A stretch of 32,000 nucleotides of DNA from Acinetobacter wanghuae. GTDB taxonomy: Bacteria > Pseudomonadota > Gammaproteobacteria > Pseudomonadales > Moraxellaceae. The first letter of the stretch is position 1, and each line of letters starts with the position of its first letter. Below the pieces are notes generated by a model, which had not been told where the DNA came from, ran no database searches, and worked only from the letters and a program-made list of their open reading frames with translations. This document shows positions 1-8,646 of the stretch, one piece after another. The stretch is from NCBI RefSeq assembly GCF_009557235.1, contig NZ_CP045650.1, positions 1,740,001 to 1,772,000 on the forward strand. The letters are read 5' to 3'. The translations under genes were made by a program, and so were the position numbers.

Positions 1-1
1 T

Positions 2-244
2 TATCCAGACTTCCAAAATGTACCTGCCGAAGAACCATACCGTTCACGCTCATATGTGAAAAAACCGGGTGGTACAGGCGGTAAGCCAATGGTTCGTAAG
101 AATAAAGATGGTTCTGTGAAGAAAACTTCAGGCACCAAACGTATTTGGCAAATGGATGAAAGCGAAAAACCGAAACGCCGTACCAATGGTACAACGCGTC
201 CGAACACCAAAGCGCCTCGCGGTCGCGGACGTGGTCGAGGTTAA
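2..244 (+). CDS. 3' end of a CDS that enters from upstream of the window. It has a basic Lys/Arg/Gly-rich tail ending RGRGRGRG, a tail type seen in RNA-binding proteins such as RNA helicases or pseudouridine synthases. The parent family cannot be determined.
   Basis: Frame 2 is open from nt 2 (YPDFQNVPAEEPYRSRSYVKKPGG...) to TAA at 242-244, so the Met at 56 in the ORF track is internal. A terminator follows. Confidence 0.5.
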   Translation, partial: YPDFQNVPAEEPYRSRSYVKKPGGTGGKPMVRKNKDGSVKKTSGTKRIWQMDESEKPKRRTNGTTRPNTKAPRGRGRGRG

Positions 245-262
245 TTGCTCGCGTTACAATAA

Positions 263-285
263 GGGTGCATATGCGCCCTTTTTTT
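263..285 (+). terminator. Rho-independent terminator
   Basis: gggtgc/gcgccc stem with one G-U pair and a 4-nt loop, followed by a run of 7 T. Confidence 0.7.
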
Positions 286-368
286 CACATAAGATAAATA
301 GAATCACGCTTTATTGATCATTAAAATCAAATGCATCCATTCTAATGACACTATTAGGTCGATTTGTT

Positions 369-767
369 ATGCGTCAATTTAGCCTTGTTTTGGGTCTCTC
401 TCTTGTTTCCACTATTTGCTTTGCCAATAATCCTTTAAGTGTGCACGTTTTAAATCAAGATAAAGGTGTGCCTGCGACCAATATGTCTGTGATTTTAGAA
501 GCTCAAAATGGCGATACTTGGGTGAAGTTAAATGAAGCTAAGACCAATAAAGAGGGTCGTATTCCTGAGTTTTACCCGAAAGACACCAAGCTACAAAAAG
601 GCGTGTATAAAGTCACTTTTAAAACAGCGGATTGGTTTAAGAAAAATAATAAAAAGACGTTCTTCCCAGAAGTGCCGGTTATTTTTGTCGTGGATGGTCG
701 CTTGGAACATTATCATATTCCGTTATTGTTAAGTGCTTATGGGTATTCAACCTATCGGGGGAATTGA
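369..767 (+). CDS. hiuH: Transthyretin-like 5-hydroxyisourate hydrolase, periplasmic form
   Basis: Small transthyretin-fold sequence (VHVLN..G.PA..., HYHIPLLLS.YGYSTYRG-x C-terminus) with an N-terminal signal peptide (MRQFSLVLGLSLVSTICFA/NN). An alternative start lies at 345. The C-terminal tetrapeptide is YRGN, not the usual YRGS. Confidence 0.8.
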   Translation: MRQFSLVLGLSLVSTICFANNPLSVHVLNQDKGVPATNMSVILEAQNGDTWVKLNEAKTNKEGRIPEFYPKDTKLQKGVYKVTFKTADWFKKNNKKTFFPEVPVIFVVDGRLEHYHIPLLLSAYGYSTYRGN

Positions 768-898
768 TCTTCTAAAGCTTAAATTCTTCCTCTTAATATT
801 CCAAGATAAGTATGTAACAAAAATATTTATTAACACATAGAGTTTTAATTTTTTTTACAATAAAATCTTTATAATTAAAGATTAATCGAAAAATAATT

Positions 899-2134
899 AT
901 GAAATTAGAGTTAACGTTGTATATACTTGTAATTTTTCTGATTTTCTATTTTTCAGACACAACAGATTTCAAAGTATTTAAAGATGAAAGTTCCTCAAAA
1001 TATAATGTAGAAATAATAGATAATACCGAAATAACTTATAATAAAAATTGTGAAAAAAATTTCTATAAAAACACACCACCTTATACCCACTCAAAACCAC
1101 ATAGAAAGTATACATATCCCTTATGTTTTACAGACTATAATGTAATGTATTCAGGCATAACAAAAACACCATTATGGACTAGTCAACACTTGAATACAAA
1201 AAAAATACTTTCAAGTCCGAAAGAAAAAATTGATTTCCACCACGAAAGAAGAATACCAATTAGATATCAACCTATTGAAGAAAAATATGATGAAAATGAT
1301 ATAAATTATATTTACAAACCGTGGCAACTATCACCTTATGTTGAAATGTCAAATGAATTTTCAAACTATGAAAGCCACTCCTTAGCTAATATTAGCCCAG
1401 CTTACAATCCATCTAAGATATATAATTTAGAACAAATCATAAGAGACATTGCTTTAAAAAATGATTTAGATATCTATATTATCACCGGAAGTATTTATAG
1501 CAAATCTGAGGTTAAATATTTAAAGAATAATATACTTATACCAGACCATTTATTCAAAGCTATATATATACCTACCATCGGATTAAATAGTGCATATTAT
1601 ATTAGCAATGATGCGCAACAAATAGTCAAAGTTGTTAGTCTTTGTTATTTGGAGGAAATTACAAGTATAAATTTATTCCCAACATTAAAACTAATAGATA
1701 AGAAAAAAGTTTATAATCTACCTACAAGTAATTATATAGATATAAAAGATCTTCAAAAAATATTAAAGATTGATAATGATATAGATTGCTCTAAGAATAT
1801 TTCCACTCAAGAACTCCAAAAAAATAGAAATTTTTTTGGAAAAAATATTGTGTGTTATGGGAAATATTGTGAAGAGGAAGAAAATTTATATAAAAATAAT
1901 TATAGTTTAAGCGATGACTATGAAGGCCCCTGTAATCATATGGAATGCCTAGAAGGTGAAAACATAATTTGTAATCCTGAAAAATGTAGAACGCTTATTA
2001 CTAAAAAAATCATTCCAATCGAATCTTGTAAAGAAATTGGAAATAGAAGAACTTTAGGATTTCCGTATGGAGTTTACAACTTGAGTTGTTTTGATAAAAA
2101 CAATGAACTTATCTACGAAATAGATATAGACTAA
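899..2134 (+). CDS. Membrane-anchored homologue of the DNA/RNA non-specific endonuclease family (Serratia nuclease/NucA/EndoG type). It has a degenerate active site and a Cys-rich C-terminal extension.
   Basis: N-terminal hydrophobic helix LTLYILVIFLIFYF. By-eye family blocks are TKTPLWTSQHL, ANISPA...YNLEQ, IYIITGSIY and ILIPDHLFKAIY. KPWQ sits where the family has DRGH. Nine Cys occur in the last ~115 aa. G+C is about 18-25% in hand-counted 60-nt lines. Confidence 0.6.
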   Translation: MKLELTLYILVIFLIFYFSDTTDFKVFKDESSSKYNVEIIDNTEITYNKNCEKNFYKNTPPYTHSKPHRKYTYPLCFTDYNVMYSGITKTPLWTSQHLNTKKILSSPKEKIDFHHERRIPIRYQPIEEKYDENDINYIYKPWQLSPYVEMSNEFSNYESHSLANISPAYNPSKIYNLEQIIRDIALKNDLDIYIITGSIYSKSEVKYLKNNILIPDHLFKAIYIPTIGLNSAYYISNDAQQIVKVVSLCYLEEITSINLFPTLKLIDKKKVYNLPTSNYIDIKDLQKILKIDNDIDCSKNISTQELQKNRNFFGKNIVCYGKYCEEEENLYKNNYSLSDDYEGPCNHMECLEGENIICNPEKCRTLITKKIIPIESCKEIGNRRTLGFPYGVYNLSCFDKNNELIYEIDID

Positions 2135-2184
2135 TAATAGGTTTGATACATACAGATCGAAAATCATTTAATAAAAAGATTAGT

Positions 2185-2210
2185 AAAACCCATACCTAAG
2201 TATGGGTTTT
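2185..2210. terminator. Bidirectional intrinsic terminator between convergent genes
   Basis: aaaacccata/tatgggtttt 10-bp stem with a 6-nt loop. The A-run and T-run arms give a U-tract on either strand. Confidence 0.75.
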
Positions 2211-2235
2211 ACATGGTTTTTATTGCTTATGCAAA

Positions 2236-3939
2236 TTAAGCGTTAAACCACTTCTCTGCTTTCGCTTGATCTTCAACTTTCAATTCAACTTCAGGCAATA
2301 CAACACCATTGGCTTGAACCTCAAATTGCATAAACTCATCACGACGGAAGGCATAAACAGTATATGTGCCTTCTTGTTTTGAGTATTTCTCAACAAGTTT
2401 CGTGGTTGCTTTTAAACCATCAATCGCAATAATCACATCATTCGCAGACAGACCTGCTTTCGCAGCAGCACCATCACGACGTGCTGACTGAATCAACACA
2501 CCTTCAGGTTTATCAACCAGTTTTACCCCCAAAGGCAATGACTTGTCATTTTTAAGCGTATAGCTCAAACCAAACTCAGGGAACAATTGATCGAGCGGAA
2601 GCTCATCGGTGGTATTAATCAAATGATTAATTTGCTCCGACCAATCATCACCTGTCAGTTCTTTGCACAACTCATAAATGGTTCGTTCATTCACTTGAAT
2701 GCCATTTTGCGCGTTTTCATACAAACGGCGCATTAAAGCATCAAGGCTAGAGCCACGTAAACGCAAACCTAAGTCTAAGCAAAGCGCCACTAAACAACCT
2801 TTATTGTAGTAGCTTGTACCTGCATTATTTGAGTTTTCATCTTGGCGATAGAACTTCACCCAAGCATCAAAACTTGATTCAGACACGCTTTGTACAAAAC
2901 GCCCTGGATTTTGCAAATAACGATCAATTTGCGCTTTGAGCAAGCTGATATATGAGTCTTGATTAATCACGCCACTACGCAGCAAAATTAAATCGTCGTA
3001 ATACGAAGTAAAGCCTTCAAAGATCCACAGCAAAGATGTGTAGCCTTCGCGGTTTAAATCATAATTAGCAAAGTTTTCCGGACGAATAAATTTCACTAAC
3101 CAAGAATGGAAATATTCGTGACTGCATAAACCTAAGAAACGTTGATAATCTTTTGACGGTTCAACAGGCTCATTCGCCTTAGGCAAATCATCACGCGGTG
3201 AAATCAAACTGGTTGAATTTGGATGTTCTAATCCCCCATAGCTATTGCCAGTTGCCATGGTCATAAAAGTATAGTTTTTAAATGGTGCTGAACCAAACAT
3301 TGAAATTTCAGTTGCACAGATCTTTTCAATGTCTTGTTGCATGCGCGCAGCATTCATTTGATGTTTACCCGACACCACAAACTCATGCGCAATGCCATTC
3401 GCTTCAAAAGTAAAGCGGGTTTGCTCCGCCAATTCAAATGGCGCATCAATGAGTTCGGCATAATTTGCAGCTTTGAGCGTATAACGCCCTTTAACCAAGC
3501 TTTTTGATGCCATGCCTGTTGCAAGTTGGAAATGCTTCAACTCATCTGGCAAGAATAATTCAAGCTCAATCTCTTTATGTTCTTGACCATCTAAGCCCAA
3601 ACAGACACAAGCAGGATTCACATACAACCGGGTTTCATCGACATATGCACCACGTACAGACAAATCATACGCATATACATCATATTCGACGGTAATCAGC
3701 TCATGATCGGTATTAAATAGACGCCAATGGTTTTTATCAAACTTCTGAATTTTCAGCTGGCGACCATCTTCATCGTAAGCTCGCACAGCTTCAATATGTT
3801 TAGAAAACTCACGAATTAAATAGCTGCCGGGAATCCATGTTGGCAACGACAGCACTTGTGTCGGGTCTGCCAAAAAGCGAACAGTCACGTGAATGAGATG
3901 CTGACGATAATCGTCAAATTCGATTTGATAATGCAACAT
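2236..3939 (-). CDS. M61 family (glycyl aminopeptidase-like) zinc metallopeptidase with a C-terminal PDZ domain
   Basis: HEYFHSW zinc motif in the typical M61 context (GGLEH...HEYFH...EGFTSYY). PDZ-like segment GLSANDVIIAIDGLKA near the C-terminus. Confidence 0.8.
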   Translation of the reverse strand: MLHYQIEFDDYRQHLIHVTVRFLADPTQVLSLPTWIPGSYLIREFSKHIEAVRAYDEDGRQLKIQKFDKNHWRLFNTDHELITVEYDVYAYDLSVRGAYVDETRLYVNPACVCLGLDGQEHKEIELELFLPDELKHFQLATGMASKSLVKGRYTLKAANYAELIDAPFELAEQTRFTFEANGIAHEFVVSGKHQMNAARMQQDIEKICATEISMFGSAPFKNYTFMTMATGNSYGGLEHPNSTSLISPRDDLPKANEPVEPSKDYQRFLGLCSHEYFHSWLVKFIRPENFANYDLNREGYTSLLWIFEGFTSYYDDLILLRSGVINQDSYISLLKAQIDRYLQNPGRFVQSVSESSFDAWVKFYRQDENSNNAGTSYYNKGCLVALCLDLGLRLRGSSLDALMRRLYENAQNGIQVNERTIYELCKELTGDDWSEQINHLINTTDELPLDQLFPEFGLSYTLKNDKSLPLGVKLVDKPEGVLIQSARRDGAAAKAGLSANDVIIAIDGLKATTKLVEKYSKQEGTYTVYAFRRDEFMQFEVQANGVVLPEVELKVEDQAKAEKWFNA

Positions 3940-4113
3940 AATAGACGATATAAAATAAAAATTAGTAAGGTATAACTTAGCTTAACATTTTTTACGATTA
4001 CAATGCGGAACTGTCTTAATTGTCAGCAATCAAGACTAGTCAACCTGCTCAAAAAGGCATAGCATGCCAAAAATTTTATCTTTGACCAATGGACTGGTCT
4101 ATAAGGAACCCTC

Positions 4114-5427
4114 TTGAAATACATCACCGCACTAATTGCCGTTTTCAGCTTACTGATTTCTGCAATGTCAAACGCTGCTCTGCTCAATATTAACCCTGCA
4201 AGTGTTGAAGCTGAAGCATGGTCTATTTTAGACACGCAAACGGGTCAAGTCATTGCCGATCACAATGCCAATGTACAGCGTTCACCTGCATCGTTGACCA
4301 AAATGATGGTGGCATATATTGCGCTCAAAGAAATTAAAGCGGATAAGCTAGATAAAAATGAGATTTTGACTGCAACACCGGTGGTACAAACCGTGATGTG
4401 GGATGAATCACAGATGTATTTAAAAGCAGGTGAACAAATTTCGGTTGATCAGTTATTGGCAGGTTTAATTGTGATGTCTGCTAACGATGCCGCAGTCACT
4501 TTAGCCGAAAAAATTTCAGGCAATATTCCGAATTTTATTGCGCGTATGAATAAAGAAGCCAAAGCCTTAGGGATGAGCAATACACATTTCCAAAATCCAG
4601 CCGGCATTACCATGCCAGAGCATTATTCGACTTCTGCCGATTTAGCCAAGTTAGGACAAGCCTTGGTCAAAGAAGTGCCTGATTATTTATATTATTCAAA
4701 ACAACAAAGTTTTAGCTATAACAATCGTTTCCACCATGCTACCAATCGCCTACTACAACTCGATCCAACCGTCGATGGTTTAAAGACAGGTTTCACCAAG
4801 GCTGCGGGTTATAATTTAGCGGCAACAGCAAACCGTATAACAGAGAGTCTAGACGTTCCAAATCGTCGTTTAATTGTGGTGGTGCTTGGGGCAAAAAGTG
4901 CCGCTAAACGCGCTGAGGTTGCTTATAAGCTGATGAACCTCGCTTATACCTATACACATAATGAAATCGTGCTCAAAGATAAGCAACTATTGGCTGAATT
5001 ACCTGTGATTCAATCCACCTTAAAAATGTTTAAAGTTAAAAGTAAACAACCTGAAATCATGACCACCTCGCTGTATGACCAAAGCTACATGATTGACTTA
5101 AATGAGTTTGATGTTACAACTCAACGCATCATGCTTGATGTAGGCAACGGTGTGATGCAAAGCATTGAACCTTTGCATGAAACGCAAACACGTGTAAAAG
5201 TCGAAGTACAAGAAAAAGCCCTTACTGCACCGCTGGCACAAGTCATGCAATTGGCAACGGTAAATGTTTATCAAAATGATGAACTGATTCGTACGATCGC
5301 GATTGAAGATCGTGTGGACATTGAAGAAGCGGGTTTATGGCAACGCTTTAGCACATGGGTCAAAAGCTTATTTGGCTTATTCTCTGAAGCAACACCGGAT
5401 GTCAAAATCTATCCGATTCAACATTAA
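4114..5427 (+). CDS. dacC: D-alanyl-D-alanine carboxypeptidase (low-molecular-weight PBP5/6 class)
   Basis: SxxK (SLTK), SxN (SAND) and KTG (KTGFT) motifs plus a signal peptide. TTG start with AAGGA about 8 nt upstream. Confidence 0.85.
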   Translation: MKYITALIAVFSLLISAMSNAALLNINPASVEAEAWSILDTQTGQVIADHNANVQRSPASLTKMMVAYIALKEIKADKLDKNEILTATPVVQTVMWDESQMYLKAGEQISVDQLLAGLIVMSANDAAVTLAEKISGNIPNFIARMNKEAKALGMSNTHFQNPAGITMPEHYSTSADLAKLGQALVKEVPDYLYYSKQQSFSYNNRFHHATNRLLQLDPTVDGLKTGFTKAAGYNLAATANRITESLDVPNRRLIVVVLGAKSAAKRAEVAYKLMNLAYTYTHNEIVLKDKQLLAELPVIQSTLKMFKVKSKQPEIMTTSLYDQSYMIDLNEFDVTTQRIMLDVGNGVMQSIEPLHETQTRVKVEVQEKALTAPLAQVMQLATVNVYQNDELIRTIAIEDRVDIEEAGLWQRFSTWVKSLFGLFSEATPDVKIYPIQH

Positions 5428-5442
5428 GCCTACATTGCATTT

Positions 5443-5477
5443 AAAAAACTGGAAGCTCAACCCTTCCAGTTTTTTTA
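5443..5477 (+). terminator. Rho-independent terminator of the dac gene
   Basis: actggaag/cttccagt stem with a 7-nt loop and a T7 run. Confidence 0.8.
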
Positions 5478-5612
5478 TCTCTGAAACATTCAGTTTAGAA
5501 AATTGCTACGTTTTGTAAACTGTACAACAATTCTATTCAAGACCCATTTATTGTGATGCCATAGTATGTCTTAACTTCGATTTCATTAAAAAAATAAACA
5601 GGTTAACAACAG

Positions 5613-6899
5613 ATGACAGCACATAAAATTGTAATTATTGGTGGTGGTGCAGGTGGTTTAGAACTCGCAACGCAACTGGGCGATACCTTAGGCAAAAGCG
5701 GTAAAGCCAAAATCACGCTCATTGATCAAAAGCTCACCCATATTTGGAAACCGCTACTGCATGAAATTGCTGCTGGTACACTGAACCCTGCCGAAGAAGA
5801 AACCAATTATCTCGCCCACGCTGCCGCCCATCATTACGAATTTGTACTCGGTACATTTACCCAGCTTGATCGACTTGCAAAACAAGCGGTTGTTGAAACG
5901 CAATATTTTTCTAAAAAAAGCCAACCGAAAAAAACGGCTTATATTGACTATGACACGCTTGTACTCGCAATCGGTTCGACTTCGAATGACTTTAACACTG
6001 AAGGTGTCAAAGATTTCTGTCACTTCTTAGACAGCCGAGAACAGGCCGATATTTTCCAACAAGATTTACTGCATTTTTATCTCAATGCTCAGCGTGAAAG
6101 TTCTACGCGTGAACTTAAAATCGCCATTGTGGGTGCAGGTGCAACTGGAGTGGAGCTGGCGGCAGAATTGGTTCAAGCCAAACAAAATTTCTTTAAATAT
6201 GGTTTAAATAAAATTGATCCGAAAAAAGTTAAAATCACCTTAATTGAAGCTGCCCCTCGTATTCTGCCCGCTTTAACACAAAAAACGGTGGATCACACCA
6301 TGAAGCAGTTAGCGCAATTTGGTATTGAAGTATTGACTGAGCATCGTGTTGCCAAAGTCGATGAAGACAAAGTCTATTTTGCCGATGGTTCAAGCTTAGA
6401 TGCTGAAATTAAAGTTTGGGCTGCGGGTATTAAAGCACCTGAAGTGATGGCACAACTTGAAGGCTTAGAAAAAGATAATATTCACCGATTAAAAGTATTC
6501 GCGACTTTGCAAAGTATTTCAGATCCGAATATTTATGCTTTTGGTGATTGCGCCCATTGCCAACCTGTCGCTGATGAACCTGTACTTGCACCACGTGCGC
6601 AAGTGGCAAGCCAACAAGCAAGTTTCTTAGTGGGTGCGCTTAAAGCTCGCATCAATCAAGAATCTTATTTACCGATGTTTAAATTTTCAGACAAAGGCTC
6701 TTTGGTGTCATTAAGTCAGCATAAAGCGGTAGGCGAATTACTCGGTCAGGTCAATGTTCAGGGCTTTGTAGCAAAATCAATGTATGTCTCACTCTATCGT
6801 TTGCATCAAGCTACCATTCATGGTTATACCCAAGCCGGAATTTTGACTGCAAAAGATTTTGTGACCAGAAAAATATCACCCAAAATAAAATTGCATTGA
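5613..6899 (+). CDS. ndh: Type II NADH:quinone oxidoreductase (NDH-2)
   Basis: Two dinucleotide-binding motifs (IIGGGAGG and IVGAGATG). Length and overall pattern fit NDH-2. Confidence 0.85.
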   Translation: MTAHKIVIIGGGAGGLELATQLGDTLGKSGKAKITLIDQKLTHIWKPLLHEIAAGTLNPAEEETNYLAHAAAHHYEFVLGTFTQLDRLAKQAVVETQYFSKKSQPKKTAYIDYDTLVLAIGSTSNDFNTEGVKDFCHFLDSREQADIFQQDLLHFYLNAQRESSTRELKIAIVGAGATGVELAAELVQAKQNFFKYGLNKIDPKKVKITLIEAAPRILPALTQKTVDHTMKQLAQFGIEVLTEHRVAKVDEDKVYFADGSSLDAEIKVWAAGIKAPEVMAQLEGLEKDNIHRLKVFATLQSISDPNIYAFGDCAHCQPVADEPVLAPRAQVASQQASFLVGALKARINQESYLPMFKFSDKGSLVSLSQHKAVGELLGQVNVQGFVAKSMYVSLYRLHQATIHGYTQAGILTAKDFVTRKISPKIKLH

Positions 6900-7036
6900 A
6901 ATTTTAAAATTAGACCTTATTAAAAAAAAAACGTCATTAAACTGATCAAAATTGATTTTTTTTGCTAATTTTAGTCTACAAAAATTGAATTTCACTTTAT
7001 GATGTACCCTTTAAAAAATTTGAATGGATCAATATC

Positions 7037-7519
7037 ATGACTGCTATTGCAAATGACCTTGTGGTTTCTTTCCACTACACGTTGACTAACGCAGAGGGCG
7101 AAACTCTAGACAAATCTCAAGGTGAACCACTTGTGTACTTGCACGGTGCAGGCAATATCATCCCTGGCCTTGAAAATGCATTGCTTGGCAAAACAACAGG
7201 CGATAAATTTACTGTAACTGTTCCTGCTGCTGAAGGTTATGGCGAATACAACCCTGAACTTGTTCAAGAAGTGCCTGCGCAAATGTTCCAAGGCGTAGAT
7301 AACATTGTTGCTGGTATGCAATTCCAAGCACAAACTGATGACGGCGTTCAAATCGTAACGGTTAAATCAGTTGAAGGCGACAACATCATCGTTGATGCTA
7401 ACTTCCCACTTGCTGGTCAAGACTTAACTTTTGACGTTGAAATCGTTGACGTTCGCTCTGCTTCTCAAGAAGAATTAGATCACGGTCACGTACACGGTGC
7501 AGGTGGTCACCACCACTAA
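7037..7519 (+). CDS. slyD: FKBP-type peptidyl-prolyl cis-trans isomerase SlyD
   Basis: FKBP core with an inserted-flap region and a short His-rich tail (HGHVHGAGGHHH). Confidence 0.85.
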   Translation: MTAIANDLVVSFHYTLTNAEGETLDKSQGEPLVYLHGAGNIIPGLENALLGKTTGDKFTVTVPAAEGYGEYNPELVQEVPAQMFQGVDNIVAGMQFQAQTDDGVQIVTVKSVEGDNIIVDANFPLAGQDLTFDVEIVDVRSASQEELDHGHVHGAGGHHH

Positions 7520-7540
7520 GATCATTTGATCTGAAGTGCA

Positions 7541-7571
7541 AAAAAGGCAAAGTGAAAACTTTGCCTTTTTT
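7541..7571 (+). terminator. Rho-independent terminator of slyD
   Basis: aaggcaaagt/actttgcctt 10-bp stem with a GAAA loop and a T-run. It ends 2 nt before the GGAG of the next gene. Confidence 0.8.
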
Positions 7572-7584
7572 ATGGAGAATAACA

Positions 7585-8601
7585 ATGAAAATAACAAACG
7601 TCATAATTGCCTCTGCCACTTGTCTTTTTAGCCCCCTACTCATTGCCGATTGTCGCGTATCGTCTCCTGCATGGACCCAACAGTTTAATCAAGTCTATCA
7701 GGCAGATGAGTTTTATATTTACTATACCAATCGCACTAACTCTAAAGACCGAGTCCCGCAGCAGGACATAAACAAAAACAATATTCCAGACTATGTTGAA
7801 GATGTTGCACGTCAAGCACAAGCAAGCCGAGACATGTTTGAAGTCGCAAAGTTACAACATCCTTTACATTCGCCTCGTTATAAAAATAAAGCTCAAGCCA
7901 TTGCGGTTTTTATTAAAGATATGAAAGGCAATGGTGTTGCTTATGAGGTAGTAAGCCGCCATCCATCTGTATCAACTCAAACACCTATGCCTTGCTCCTT
8001 GGTAATCAATATTTCTAATCGTTTAACAGATTTTCCGGGCAATTATTGGACCACAGTCACTCATGAATTATTTCATTTATATCAATACGGCTATAGCCAA
8101 TTTAAAAATAGTTGGTATTTAGAAAGCTTAGCCAATTGGTCTGAGCGTGCGCTTAGAATTGATATCAATCAACAAACCAAAAACTTAAAAGCATTACCAC
8201 AAAACGTCAAGGCACTTGAACAAGAAATTTTTAAAGCAAGCTACAACCCATTATGGCGACGTTATTTTTATATTCAGCCGAATGACGTACTTAACGTTCC
8301 AAAACAACTACAACTTAAAACCTATATCGATGGCAGCCCGATTTTTAAAGATCATGTATGGTATGGCACGCGTTTTGTAAGAAATTTTTTGGTCGACTTA
8401 TCTGCAGCTTCTTATCAAACTTCCGAACAATACCAATGGCCAAAGTACAATTGGAAAGAAGCCGATCAAAGACGTACGGAATTCAATTGTACAATTTTCA
8501 CTGTTTATCAAAAGCAATTGAAAAAACAAAAAAAACTCACCAAAGAGGCACAATTTTTAGCAAGTTTTCCACTCTCTTCAAACTCACCTCAATGCAAATA
8601 A
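7585..8601 (+). CDS. Secreted hypothetical protein with a gluzincin-like HExxH...E motif (putative zinc metalloprotease)
   Basis: Signal peptide MKITNVIIASATCLFSPLLIA. TVTHELFHLYQYGYSQFKNSWYLESLANW contains HExxH plus a Glu about 18 residues later. GGAG lies 8 nt upstream of ATG 7585. The 7552 start in the ORF track falls inside the slyD terminator. Confidence 0.55.
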   Translation: MKITNVIIASATCLFSPLLIADCRVSSPAWTQQFNQVYQADEFYIYYTNRTNSKDRVPQQDINKNNIPDYVEDVARQAQASRDMFEVAKLQHPLHSPRYKNKAQAIAVFIKDMKGNGVAYEVVSRHPSVSTQTPMPCSLVINISNRLTDFPGNYWTTVTHELFHLYQYGYSQFKNSWYLESLANWSERALRIDINQQTKNLKALPQNVKALEQEIFKASYNPLWRRYFYIQPNDVLNVPKQLQLKTYIDGSPIFKDHVWYGTRFVRNFLVDLSAASYQTSEQYQWPKYNWKEADQRRTEFNCTIFTVYQKQLKKQKKLTKEAQFLASFPLSSNSPQCK

Positions 8602-8628
8602 AAAAGCAGGACATTTGCCCTGCTCTAT
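8597..8628. terminator. Hairpin terminator between convergent genes; the U-tract is best on the minus strand
   Basis: agcagg/cctgct stem with an 8-nt loop. On the minus strand it is followed by TTTTTATTT. Confidence 0.55.
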
Positions 8629-8646
8629 TTCAAAACATCACGCTGA

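Noticed and set aside
369-767. HIU hydrolase ending YRGN instead of the canonical YRGS, and located away from any uricase/allantoin genes.
   Set aside because: A single conservative change at the last residue together with a periplasmic signal peptide matches the known stand-alone periplasmic HiuH/YedX-type proteins. Not unusual enough to flag.
4023-4235. 70-aa minus-strand ORF overlapping the dac gene start.
   Set aside because: It overlaps the signal-peptide region of the DD-carboxypeptidase gene on the opposite strand. No RBS and no motif.
6930-6970. Possible ndh terminator (atcaa/ttgat followed by T8).
   Set aside because: The stem is only 5 bp with a 2-nt loop, which is too weak to call as a hairpin. 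The T8 run alone is not sufficient evidence.
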